A stretch of DNA of 64,000 bases from positions 930 to 64,929 of the forward strand of contig JAZDFI010000007.1 of the NCBI GenBank assembly GCA_043808015.1. The letters are read 5' to 3'. Both the position numbers and the translations under genes were made by a program. Below are positions 54,350 to 62,937 of this stretch, in pieces (within the stretch, counting starts at the first letter, position 1; every line of letters begins with the position of its first letter). Origin of the DNA: Candidatus Aenigmatarchaeota archaeon. GTDB lineage: Archaea; Aenigmatarchaeota; Aenigmatarchaeia; QMZP01; QMZT01. The notes beneath the pieces were generated by a model. That model searched no databases. It saw nothing but the letters and a program-made list of their open reading frames with translations, and was not told where the DNA came from.

Positions 54350-54790
54350 ATGGAAAGCCAAATGCTCGGGAAAATACCTGAAGAATGTGAGATGCGATGC
54401 TTGGGGCTTTCGAAAGCCAATTACATCAGAGAGACAATAAAGGTCATAGGCATAGACATATCTGATGCCAAAAAAATATACAAGAGTGTCCGAAAAAATT
54501 TCAATGACGAAGAATGGCGTCTTACAGGAGAAAATTTTATTCACATCGGAGATTATTTAAGAGGTTTGAAGGTTTATGCAGAAGCCAGAGAAGTCATAGA
54601 CCGCGGCTTCATTACACCCGAGACGGAGGATAAAGTCGGTGTATTATTTCTTGGTTGTATAAATGGAAGGGAAAAACTGGCACGCTTGAATTATGGAATC
54701 AGGCGCCATATTTTAGGCATACGGGAATTGTACAACGGAATTAAACCCATTCTGGAAAAATACGACCCTGCAATTTCTACTCCGTCCTGA
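54350..54790 (+). CDS. Cassette ORF B, hypothetical protein (146 aa)
   Basis: ATG about 22 nt downstream of tttttaaaac in repeat B. Its last 5 codons and stop lie within repeat copy C. Confidence 0.45.
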   Translation: MESQMLGKIPEECEMRCLGLSKANYIRETIKVIGIDISDAKKIYKSVRKNFNDEEWRLTGENFIHIGDYLRGLKVYAEAREVIDRGFITPETEDKVGVLFLGCINGREKLARLNYGIRRHILGIRELYNGIKPILEKYDPAISTPS

Positions 54791-54800
54791 CGCCCTTCCA
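54774..54800. repeat. Direct repeat copy C (native copy inside the 3' end of the nucleotidyltransferase gene)
   Basis: tttctactccgtcctgacgcccttcca. On the minus strand it encodes ...WKGVRTE* of gene 54777-55619. Confidence 0.75.
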
Positions 54801-55619
54801 CGCCTTGAGCGCGTGCTCGTAGCGCTCCATCGTGCCCGTGTCGAACCACTGGCCGCTGAAAGGGAAACCGAAAAGCCTGCCCATCTTCGCGAGCTTTGGG
54901 AATATCTCCTTCTCGAGCGAGCACTGGCCCTTGGGAATCATCTCGACGACTTCGGGCTCCATTATGTAGAAGCCGGCGTTTATCAGGTTCGTCGGGGCCT
55001 TGCCCTTCTTTGGCTTCTCCACGAACTCGAGTATGCGTTCTCCCTCGAGCTTGGCCACGCCGTACTGGCTGGGGTCATCGACAGTCGTGAGAGCGATGGT
55101 GACCAGCGCGCGGTTCTTCTTGTGCGCCTCGTACATGTCGACTATGTTTATGTCCTTCAGCTCGTCGCCGTTGGAAACTATGAAAGTCTTGGTAAGCCTG
55201 TCTTTCGCGAACCGTAGCGGTCCGCCGGTCCCCAGCGGCGTGTTCTCTTCGACATACGAGATGTTGAGTCCCAGCTTGGACCAGCCGTTCTTCTCCGCTA
55301 TTATCTTCTCCTTCAGGTAGCCTACCGAGATTATGACGTCGTTTATGTTGTATTTCTTGAGCAGGTCGAACATGTGCTCTATGAGCGGCTTGCCCTGGAC
55401 GGGGACCAGCGCCTTAGGCGTCTCGTATGTTATCGGCCTCAGCCGCGTGCCCTCGCCTCCGCAGAGGATGAGCGCCGTCTTCAGTTCCCGCATGCTCAGG
55501 AACTTGGAAAGCACGAGCTCTATCGCATGCGAGCGGTTGCGCACGTCGAGCCCGTCGACCATCGTGTCTATCTTCTCGAGAATGTGCCTGTCTATCGTGA
55601 GCGTTATGCGTTCCTTCAT
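54777..55619 (-). CDS. Ribbon-helix-helix (CopG-like) domain fused to sugar-phosphate nucleotidyltransferase (G1P thymidylyl/uridylyltransferase-like)
   Basis: N-terminal RITLTIDRHILEKIDTMVDGLDVRNRSHAIELVLSKFL (RHH). Then ILCGGEGTRLRPIT (GxGTRxxP) and NTP-transferase core. Confidence 0.75.
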   Translation of the reverse strand: MKERITLTIDRHILEKIDTMVDGLDVRNRSHAIELVLSKFLSMRELKTALILCGGEGTRLRPITYETPKALVPVQGKPLIEHMFDLLKKYNINDVIISVGYLKEKIIAEKNGWSKLGLNISYVEENTPLGTGGPLRFAKDRLTKTFIVSNGDELKDINIVDMYEAHKKNRALVTIALTTVDDPSQYGVAKLEGERILEFVEKPKKGKAPTNLINAGFYIMEPEVVEMIPKGQCSLEKEIFPKLAKMGRLFGFPFSGQWFDTGTMERYEHALKAWKGVRTE

Positions 55620-55681
55620 AACATCATACCGGGTATTATTTGCTCATACGATATAAAAAGATTTCCTACGCCTTCGCTGGC

Positions 55682-56137
55682 CTACTTCCTCGCCTGAAAA
55701 ATGTTCTCTATTTCCGCGAGCTTCTTTAGCCGCTTGATGTGGCGCTCTTCGTTGCTGAACTTCGTCTCCAAAAACGCCTTCACTATCTTCTTCGCTTCGA
55801 TGTCCGTGGTGAACCTCGCGGCGAGCGTGAGGATGTTCGCGTTGTTGTGCTCGCGGCTCGCCACAGCGAGCGCGTGGTTCATGCAGAAGGCCGCGCGGAT
55901 CCCGGGAAACTTGTTAGCCGCGATGGACATGCCAATCCCGGAACCGCAAATAAGGATGCCGAACTCGAAGCCGCTGATCACGGCCTCGGAGACTTTCTTG
56001 GCGTACTCCGGGTAGTCGGCCGATTCTTCAGAGTTCGTGCCGAAGTCCTCGAAGTGGTAGCCGTTCGCCTGTAAAAACTCCTTGAGCTTCTCCTTCAGCT
56101 CGAAGCCCGCATGGTCAGAACCTATCGCAACTTTCAT
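55682..56137 (-). CDS. rpiB: Ribose-5-phosphate isomerase B
   Basis: KVAIGSDHAGFELK, ICGSGIGMSIAANK, RpiB/LacAB signature. 151 aa. Confidence 0.9.
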   Translation of the reverse strand: MKVAIGSDHAGFELKEKLKEFLQANGYHFEDFGTNSEESADYPEYAKKVSEAVISGFEFGILICGSGIGMSIAANKFPGIRAAFCMNHALAVASREHNNANILTLAARFTTDIEAKKIVKAFLETKFSNEERHIKRLKKLAEIENIFQARK

Positions 56138-56194
56138 AATTATGATTATCGCTGGCCGGTATAAAAATATAAAGCGTGAAGCTAAATCTTCAAA

Positions 56195-56851
56195 ATGGTT
56201 AAGATTTCGCCTTCCATCCTTTCAGCCAATTTCGCCTGCCTGCAGAGCGAGCTGGAAAAGGTCAGCGAGGCAGAATGGATTCACGTCGACGTGATGGACG
56301 GCCGCTTCGTGCCTAGCATAACCATAGGCCCGCTCGTAGTGAAGGCTCTGCGCAAGATAACGCAACAGGTTCTCGACGTCCACCTCATGATAGAGCACCC
56401 GGAAAAGCACGTGGCGGCGTTCGCGGAAGCGGGCGCGGACATAATCGTCGTGCACGCTGAAGCGTGCAAGGATATTGGCGCTGTCATGGAGCAGATAAAG
56501 GGTCTCGGGTGCAAAGCGGGCGTTTCGATAAAACCGGGAACCAGCGTTTCTGAAATAGAGCATGTTTTACATCTGGCGGACGTCGTGCTGGTCATGACGG
56601 TCGAGCCGGGCTTCGGCGGCCAGAAGTTCATGCCGCATTCGCTAGCTAAGGTGACGCAGCTCAAGGAAATCGCCCTGGAGAAAAATCTCCACTTCGAGAT
56701 AGAAGTCGACGGCGGCATAAACAAGGACAACTGCTTCGACGTCGCTAGCGCCGGAGCGGACGTGCTCGTGGCGGGCTCTGCGATATTCTACAGCGATGAC
56801 CCGGCAGCCATGCTGAGAACGATAAGGGAAAAGGCCGACGCATCGGCTTGA
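56195..56851 (+). CDS. rpe: Ribulose-phosphate 3-epimerase
   Basis: SPSILSANF, HVDVMDGRFVP, DVHLMIE, VMTVEPGFGGQKF. Confidence 0.9.
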   Translation: MVKISPSILSANFACLQSELEKVSEAEWIHVDVMDGRFVPSITIGPLVVKALRKITQQVLDVHLMIEHPEKHVAAFAEAGADIIVVHAEACKDIGAVMEQIKGLGCKAGVSIKPGTSVSEIEHVLHLADVVLVMTVEPGFGGQKFMPHSLAKVTQLKEIALEKNLHFEIEVDGGINKDNCFDVASAGADVLVAGSAIFYSDDPAAMLRTIREKADASA

Positions 56852-56875
56852 GAGTCTAAACGGAATGGTGATTTT

Positions 56876-57700
56876 ATGAAAATTTTTGTGGATTCAGCGG
56901 AAATCGACGAGATAAACAAGGCGAAGGAATACGGCATGTGCGACGGCGTGACTACGAACCCCTCGCTCATAAAGAAAGCGGTAGACAAGCTGAAAATCGC
57001 TGGTAAAAAAGTCGACATGGTGAATTACATTTCAGACATATGCAAGATCGCCGGCAGGGACAGCCCTGTAAGTCTCGAGGTTGTCAGTCTCAAGGCGGAG
57101 GACATGGCCAAGGAAGGCGTGATGCTTTACGGCAAGTTCAACGGCCTCATGGGCAACGTCGTGATAAAGGTCCCGATTAGCACTTCCCGCGACGATACAG
57201 GAGAGCATTACGAGGGGCTGAAAGCGATAAAGGATCTCAGCCGCAGGAAAATCCCGGTCAACGCCACGCTTGTAATGACGCCGGAGCAGGCGCTGCTCGC
57301 GGCGAAAGCGGGAGCGGCGTACGTAAGCCCTTTCGCCGGCAGGATTGACGATTATATAAGAACGGGAATGAACGAGAGCTTCGGCAAGGCGGACTATTTC
57401 CCGGCGGAGGGGAAGCACAAGGACAATTCGCTGGTTCACGACAAGGGCATAGCGAGCGGCGTCGAGCTGGTCAAAAGGACGATGGAAATACTGGAGAAAT
57501 ACGACCTCAAAACCGAAGTCATCGCGGCTTCGCTGCGCAACGCCAGGCAGGTGCGAGAGGTCGCGCTCGCCGGGGCTCACATAGCTACCATACCTTTCGA
57601 CGTGCTCGAGGAAATGATAAAGCACCCGAAGACGTTCGAGGGCATAGTCAAGTTCTCGGAAGACGTCGTGCCCGAATACAGGCGGATTTTCGAGCAGTAA
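56876..57700 (+). CDS. tal: Transaldolase / fructose-6-phosphate aldolase family (archaeal TalC-like, extended)
   Basis: MKIFVDSAEIDEINKA...GVTTNPSL and Schiff-base Lys region IKVP. Confidence 0.85.
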   Translation: MKIFVDSAEIDEINKAKEYGMCDGVTTNPSLIKKAVDKLKIAGKKVDMVNYISDICKIAGRDSPVSLEVVSLKAEDMAKEGVMLYGKFNGLMGNVVIKVPISTSRDDTGEHYEGLKAIKDLSRRKIPVNATLVMTPEQALLAAKAGAAYVSPFAGRIDDYIRTGMNESFGKADYFPAEGKHKDNSLVHDKGIASGVELVKRTMEILEKYDLKTEVIAASLRNARQVREVALAGAHIATIPFDVLEEMIKHPKTFEGIVKFSEDVVPEYRRIFEQ

Positions 57701-57749
57701 GCCGTTTCCGGGGCAAAAGCATAAATTTAAGCAAAACAATCTGTTTTCT

Positions 57750-59042
57750 ATGAAAATCTCCATAATGGGCACGGGTTACGTCGGTCTCTCGACCGGCGTG
57801 GGCTTCGCTGTCAAAGGCAACGACGTCATCTGCGTCGACATAGACCATAAGAAAGTCGAGACCATAAACAGCGGCGTCTCGCCGATATTCGAGCCTCACC
57901 TCGACGGCCACCTCAGGGAAGCGCTTAAGAAAGGGAATCTCAAGGCAACGACGGACGTGAAAGGCGCGGTAGAAGCGACGGAAGTCAGCTTCATTTCTGT
58001 CGGCACGCCATCCAGCGAGGACGGCTCCATAGACCTGAGCTTCATCGAAACGGTAGCGAGGCAGATAGGAGAAGTCCTGAAGACGAAGGATGAGTATCAT
58101 GTCGTCGTCGTAAAGTCGACAGTCGTTCCAGGCACGACCGAAGGCATTGTCAAGCACAACATAGAAAAGGCGTCGGGCAAGAAGGCCGGAAATGATTTCG
58201 GCCTGTGCATGAACCCCGAGTTCCTGCGCGAGGGCCGCGCTATCGAAGACTTCCTCAAGCCAGACAGGGTAGTCATAGGCGAGTCCGACAAGAGAGCGGG
58301 CAACGTCATAGAGAAATTATATTCCAATTTCATGGCGCCGGTCCTCAGGACGGACCTGAAGACGGCGGAAATGATAAAGTACGCGAGCAACGCGTTCCTC
58401 GCGACGAAGATTTCCTACACGAACGAGATGGGCAACATATGCAAGCGCCTTGGCATCGACGTGAACGAAGTGATGAAAGGCGTCGGCATGGACCACCGCA
58501 TCTCACCGCACTTCCTCAACGCGGGCGTCGGCTACGGTGGCTCGTGCTTCCCCAAGGACGTGGAAGCGCTGATATGGAAGGCGAGGGACGCTGGTTACGA
58601 ACCGAAGCTGCTCGAAGAGGTCCATCGTTTGAACGACAGGCAGAAAGTCATGATAGTCGAACATCTCGAAAGGCGGATCCCGAACCTTAAAGGTAAGACG
58701 ATCTGCCTGCTCGGGCTCGCGTTCAAGCCCGACTCCGACGACATCCGGGAGGCGTCGTCGATATACATAATAGAGCGACTCTTGCAGAAGGGCGCGAAAG
58801 TCAAAGCATACGACCCTCAGGCGATGGAGCACATGAGGAAGATACACCCGTCCGTCGACTACATGAAGAGCGCGCAGGACGCGCTCGATAACAGCGACGC
58901 TTGCATAGTCGTGACCGAGTGGAACGAGTTCAAACGCCTTACGGATGCGGATTTCTCGAAGATGAAAAGCAGGGTCATTCTCGAGGGCAGGCGCATCCTC
59001 GACCGGGATAAAGTCTCGAAGTTCGAGGGCATCTGCTGGTAA
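57750..59042 (+). CDS. ugd: UDP-glucose 6-dehydrogenase
   Basis: N-terminal GTGYVGL Rossmann. Catalytic GGSCFPKD. C-terminal UDP-binding domain. 430 aa. Confidence 0.9.
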   Translation: MKISIMGTGYVGLSTGVGFAVKGNDVICVDIDHKKVETINSGVSPIFEPHLDGHLREALKKGNLKATTDVKGAVEATEVSFISVGTPSSEDGSIDLSFIETVARQIGEVLKTKDEYHVVVVKSTVVPGTTEGIVKHNIEKASGKKAGNDFGLCMNPEFLREGRAIEDFLKPDRVVIGESDKRAGNVIEKLYSNFMAPVLRTDLKTAEMIKYASNAFLATKISYTNEMGNICKRLGIDVNEVMKGVGMDHRISPHFLNAGVGYGGSCFPKDVEALIWKARDAGYEPKLLEEVHRLNDRQKVMIVEHLERRIPNLKGKTICLLGLAFKPDSDDIREASSIYIIERLLQKGAKVKAYDPQAMEHMRKIHPSVDYMKSAQDALDNSDACIVVTEWNEFKRLTDADFSKMKSRVILEGRRILDRDKVSKFEGICW

Positions 59043-59118
59043 AAGGAAAATTGCAGAAATTTTTTCTGGAAAATTTAAAAGAAAAATGAAGGCCTGAAAA
59101 ACCAGGCCCGAAACGAAC

Positions 59119-59406
59119 TTAAATCTTGTTGACTTTCTCTATGCCAACCTTCTTGACGAATGCCTTCTTAATCCTTGCAGGCAACCACTCCGGCCTCTTC
59201 TCGGGGGCGTCCACAACCTTCACGCTTCCCTTGAAGACGTGGATTGTGTAAGTTCTGTCCTTGTTTCTCCTGCCTCTTTCGCGGAGCTTTATGTCAGCTA
59301 TGCCCCTCGCCGCGGCCTTAAGAGCGGCCTGTCTCGGAGACCTGCCTGTGAATACAGACACGTTGTTGCCTTTCTTAAGAAGGTAATACTTTTTTCTCGA
59401 AGCCAT
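59119..59406 (-). CDS. Chromosomal protein MC1
   Basis: VFTGRSPRQAALKAAARG, IKLRERG, HVFKGSVKVVDAPEKRPEWLPARIKKAFVKKVGIEKV align block for block with Methanosarcina MC1. Confidence 0.8.
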   Translation of the reverse strand: MASRKKYYLLKKGNNVSVFTGRSPRQAALKAAARGIADIKLRERGRRNKDRTYTIHVFKGSVKVVDAPEKRPEWLPARIKKAFVKKVGIEKVNKI

Positions 59407-59599
59407 CCGGACACCTCCACTTAGCTAACCCATTTTTTTGAAAACCTGTTCGCGTTTGTGTGTTTTCTGTTTAAATTAGTGAAGGAGTATTTAAATCTTT
59501 TTCCCGAAAACCGCTCGATATTGCTCGAATTGCGCAATTTTATCGCGGGTTTTATGCTGCACAGAACCAACTTTTAAAACTTATTCTCTTCGTTTAAAC

Positions 59600-59983
59600 A
59601 TGAATGAAGCGACGCGCGAGGCAATGAGGAACGGCAATTACATTTTCGTGAACGAGAAGAAAGATGATAATTTTTACCGCTTTCTCAACGCAATCACGAA
59701 TAACCCGGCGGCAATACTGAGGGCCCTTGACAAGTACTGGAACGACGCGCATGAAATCGATGGAAAAATAAATCAAATACAGCAGGAAGTGGGAATAAAA
59801 GTGGAAGACTTGTACGTGCCTTCGGTGGCATTCACGTGCATCGTGCCAAACCTCAAGGAAATCGGAAAGGTGGCGGAAAGGATTAAAATGGACGACTTCG
59901 GCTATGACGCAGCGCTCACGGCCGCGCGCCTCAGGACAGTGAAAGACTGCGTGACAAGCATGAAAAAAAAGTTCGGGCTGTGA
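59600..59983 (+). CDS. Hypothetical protein upstream of pilin cluster
   Basis: 127 aa ORF, no family recognised. Confidence 0.4.
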   Translation: MNEATREAMRNGNYIFVNEKKDDNFYRFLNAITNNPAAILRALDKYWNDAHEIDGKINQIQQEVGIKVEDLYVPSVAFTCIVPNLKEIGKVAERIKMDDFGYDAALTAARLRTVKDCVTSMKKKFGL

Positions 59984-60025
59984 AAAATCAGATGGTTTTT
60001 ATTCGGGCTCCAACATTAATTAACT

Positions 60026-60700
60026 ATGGACTTCGACTGGATAATAGGCGTTTTCGTGTTCATGGTTTTCATCGGCTGGTCTTTCTCGTATTATTTCGCC
60101 ATGTTTCAGGTACAGGGCTCCAGCTTCGAGCTCGCCGCGGACAGCGGCCAGCAGAAGGTCATGGACTTCCTGGCAGTCGATGTATACGAAGCGCCGGTTA
60201 AGTATTATTCATCCGGCACCGTCGCCGATGGTGTGCTTAAAGCGAAGTCGCTGTGGTATGCGGGCGAGCGCAACTCGACGATAGTTTTCGGCGGCGGCTC
60301 GCTGCCGTGCAGACTCGATGGGAATGACGTCTACTGGCAGGCTAACGTCGGAGCCGGATACAACTATTACACCATAATGTTCGCCGATGTCAACACGACG
60401 CTGAACTGCACCGGCACATTCGCCACGACCGGAGCGAACCTCACGTCGCCCTGGGCGCTTGAGAAGAGAGAGATGATTTCAACGGCGAAGATAAGCGAGA
60501 TGGAAGGCATGAGCTACAGCAGCTTCCGCAATGGCATCTCGCTGAGGCACAATTTCATGATAACGATAGAGAAGACGTCTGGTAACGTGGAATACGGGAA
60601 GGCGATTCCTTCCGGACCAGTTAATGTAAACAGCAGGAAGACGGAGCGCAAGGTCTTCGAGACGGGCGAGCTGGCGAATATTACGATAGCTGTGTGGTAA
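60026..60700 (+). CDS. N-terminally membrane-anchored extracellular protein (pilus-cluster member)
   Basis: N-terminal hydrophobic IIGVFVFMVFIGWSFSYYFAMF, then Thr/Asn/Gly-rich extracellular region with N-x-T sequons. Confidence 0.4.
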   Translation: MDFDWIIGVFVFMVFIGWSFSYYFAMFQVQGSSFELAADSGQQKVMDFLAVDVYEAPVKYYSSGTVADGVLKAKSLWYAGERNSTIVFGGGSLPCRLDGNDVYWQANVGAGYNYYTIMFADVNTTLNCTGTFATTGANLTSPWALEKREMISTAKISEMEGMSYSSFRNGISLRHNFMITIEKTSGNVEYGKAIPSGPVNVNSRKTERKVFETGELANITIAVW

Positions 60701-60701
60701 C

Positions 60702-61070
60702 ATGAAGGGCTTCTGGAGGATAGTGGAAAGCGTGATGGCGGTCATCATAGTCATGGGTTTCCTCTTGTCGGCCGGGTCCGTTTATCTCAGCAGGACTGAT
60801 CCGCAGGAGCTGGTCCCGGCCGGTTACGAGCGATTGAAGGACCTGGATGCGCGCGGCCTGCTGCGGTCTCTAGCGTCAGCGAACGACTACGAAGGGATAA
60901 GCGCGCTGGTCGAGATGCCTGGCTACAGCCACGCTGTCCAGTTATGCGGCTTCGACGGCGCATGCACCGGCAATTACACGGAGGGCAGCAACGTTGCGGT
61001 CTCGACTTACATCATTGCCGGACACGGGTCATACAGCCCGCAAGAGATAAGGCTTTACATGTGGAGATGA
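60702..61070 (+). CDS. Pilin-like protein with class III (type IV prepilin-like) signal peptide
   Basis: MKG|FWRIVESVMAVIIVMGFLL has KG then hydrophobic helix, with Glu at +6. Confidence 0.5.
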   Translation: MKGFWRIVESVMAVIIVMGFLLSAGSVYLSRTDPQELVPAGYERLKDLDARGLLRSLASANDYEGISALVEMPGYSHAVQLCGFDGACTGNYTEGSNVAVSTYIIAGHGSYSPQEIRLYMWR

Positions 61071-61642
61071 ATATGAGAACGACGAAAAGAATGAAAGGAC
61101 AGTTCTTCTTAATCGGAGCTTTCCTCATACTCCTGCTTTTCTACATGGGCATATCGACTTTTTTCGCGCCCGCCTACACGCAGAAGGGCATAAAGGGCGA
61201 GATGGCTAACTTTTTTTCTAACGTGAGAGACGAATACCCGGCGGCGCTGAACCTTGGGCTTAATTCGACTGGAGGCGCGCAGGCGCTCGTAAATTTCACG
61301 GGCATAGTCGTCAATGCCTCCAAGAGCAGAGGAGCGTCGCTAGCGGCGCTGTGGATACTCACCCAGAACTCCAGCGACAATCTTAACGTAACCATCGGCA
61401 ACTACATGGGCGCGGCGCTGAACGTCACGCTGAACGTCTCTGACGAGATGAGCACGCTGGAAATTGGCGACGGCGAAACTGCGTCGGTGGTATTCGCTTC
61501 GCCGCTGTCGGAACTGGATTTCCGGGCAAGCTTTAATACGACCGAAAAGAATCTATTATTAGAGAAATACAAGACAAACCTCTATGTTTTTCTAGACATG
61601 AGGAAGGGCAGCGACAAGATAACGGGGGAGACTGTTGCATGA
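61067..61642 (+). CDS. Archaeal type IV pilin-like protein
   Basis: MNMRTTKRMKG|QFFLIGAFLILLLFYMGI is a class III signal peptide with KGQ cleavage context. ATGA overlap with upstream gene. Confidence 0.6.
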   Translation: MNMRTTKRMKGQFFLIGAFLILLLFYMGISTFFAPAYTQKGIKGEMANFFSNVRDEYPAALNLGLNSTGGAQALVNFTGIVVNASKSRGASLAALWILTQNSSDNLNVTIGNYMGAALNVTLNVSDEMSTLEIGDGETASVVFASPLSELDFRASFNTTEKNLLLEKYKTNLYVFLDMRKGSDKITGETVA

Positions 61643-62349
61643 AGGGCATCAGCCTGATCTCAGGCGTATTGTTCATGGGCTTCCTGATAGCCGCTACTAG
61701 CATAGTCTACTGGACTGCGCTGCCTACGATTCAGAAAATGCAGTGTTCGATAACTATGGACAAGATGAAATCGACGTTCACGAGCCTCGACGGCGTCATA
61801 CAGACCGTCGCTTCCGAAGGCGAAGGGTCGAAGCGCACGGTCTCGCTCAACGTGGAGGACGGCGAACTGCACGTCGACGGCGACAACGACACGATTTACT
61901 GGGAATACGAGTGCAGCGCCCCCATCATTTCGCCGAGGACGTTCCAGACTTTCGGCAACGTCATATTCGGAGCGAACCTCGACACCAGCGCACAAGAAGC
62001 GACGTGCGGCGGACAAGCTGGATTCCTGCTCGAGAACGAGCACCTCACAGTCTGCCTGAGGAAAATCGGCTCCGCGGGCAACAACACGGCCTACAACATA
62101 TCCAGCGTTCTGGTCTCGGTCTACCAGAAGGACCTTGAACAGGCGATGCCCATAGAGTATCTTGAGATAACGCTCGACAACAACGCGACGTCGTCGACCG
62201 GCGAGGGTTACACGCAGCTCGAGCGGAGCGGCATGCACCTGCCTTACGGAGAAGTCACGGCGCACATGGAATCGGACTACGGTATAACATACGACATAAA
62301 ATTCATACTCGAGTCGGGAGAGGACTTCCTCATCATAAAAGGTGAGTGA
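61639..62349 (+). CDS. Pilin-like protein with class III signal peptide
   Basis: MKG|ISLISGVLFMGFLIAATSIVYW. ATGA overlap with upstream gene. Confidence 0.5.
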   Translation: MKGISLISGVLFMGFLIAATSIVYWTALPTIQKMQCSITMDKMKSTFTSLDGVIQTVASEGEGSKRTVSLNVEDGELHVDGDNDTIYWEYECSAPIISPRTFQTFGNVIFGANLDTSAQEATCGGQAGFLLENEHLTVCLRKIGSAGNNTAYNISSVLVSVYQKDLEQAMPIEYLEITLDNNATSSTGEGYTQLERSGMHLPYGEVTAHMESDYGITYDIKFILESGEDFLIIKGE

Positions 62350-62359
62350 CACAGGTGAT

Positions 62360-62887
62360 ATGATGAAATACCGCACGAAATTCCACACGAGAAAGGGCAT
62401 TTCACCGCTGATAGCGACGGTGATGCTCATAGGCATAACCATTCTAATGGCCGTCGCTGTCGGACCGTGGGCCATGAAACTCGCGACCGACGCGACCCAG
62501 GGAGCGACGAACAGCGCGAACCAGGACATGCTATGCAGGTCGACGGCGTATGGCTTCGATTCAGATTACGGCAACTCCGGTGTTTCGTGGAACTTCAACG
62601 GCACCAACGGCACGGTCACCGTGAAAATAATCAACACTGGCTCGCAGAACCTCTACAACTTCTCGCTCGAGCTGACCATGCAGACGCCCACAGGGACGAA
62701 ACTTATAGTCTATCCCGAGATAAACATAACGTCCGAGACGCAGCGCACGCTCACGAACCCGCTCAAACCCGGCTACGACTGGATAATCGAGGCGGAAGTG
62801 GAAAGCATAAACGACACGTGGTCGCTGACCAAGGTGAAGGTGATAAACGAGGTATGCCCGCGCATATCGCCTTCGGCGGACGTGTGA
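62360..62887 (+). CDS. Archaeal type IV pilin (DUF361-type N-terminus)
   Basis: MMKYRTKFHTRKG|ISPLIATVMLIGITILMAVAV is the canonical archaeal pilin N-terminal domain. SD aggtga upstream. N-x-T sequons in the body. Confidence 0.75.
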   Translation: MMKYRTKFHTRKGISPLIATVMLIGITILMAVAVGPWAMKLATDATQGATNSANQDMLCRSTAYGFDSDYGNSGVSWNFNGTNGTVTVKIINTGSQNLYNFSLELTMQTPTGTKLIVYPEINITSETQRTLTNPLKPGYDWIIEAEVESINDTWSLTKVKVINEVCPRISPSADV

Positions 62888-62937
62888 AATTTAAGACTTA
62901 TATGACCAGTGACAATATTTAATTAGACGTGGTGTTA

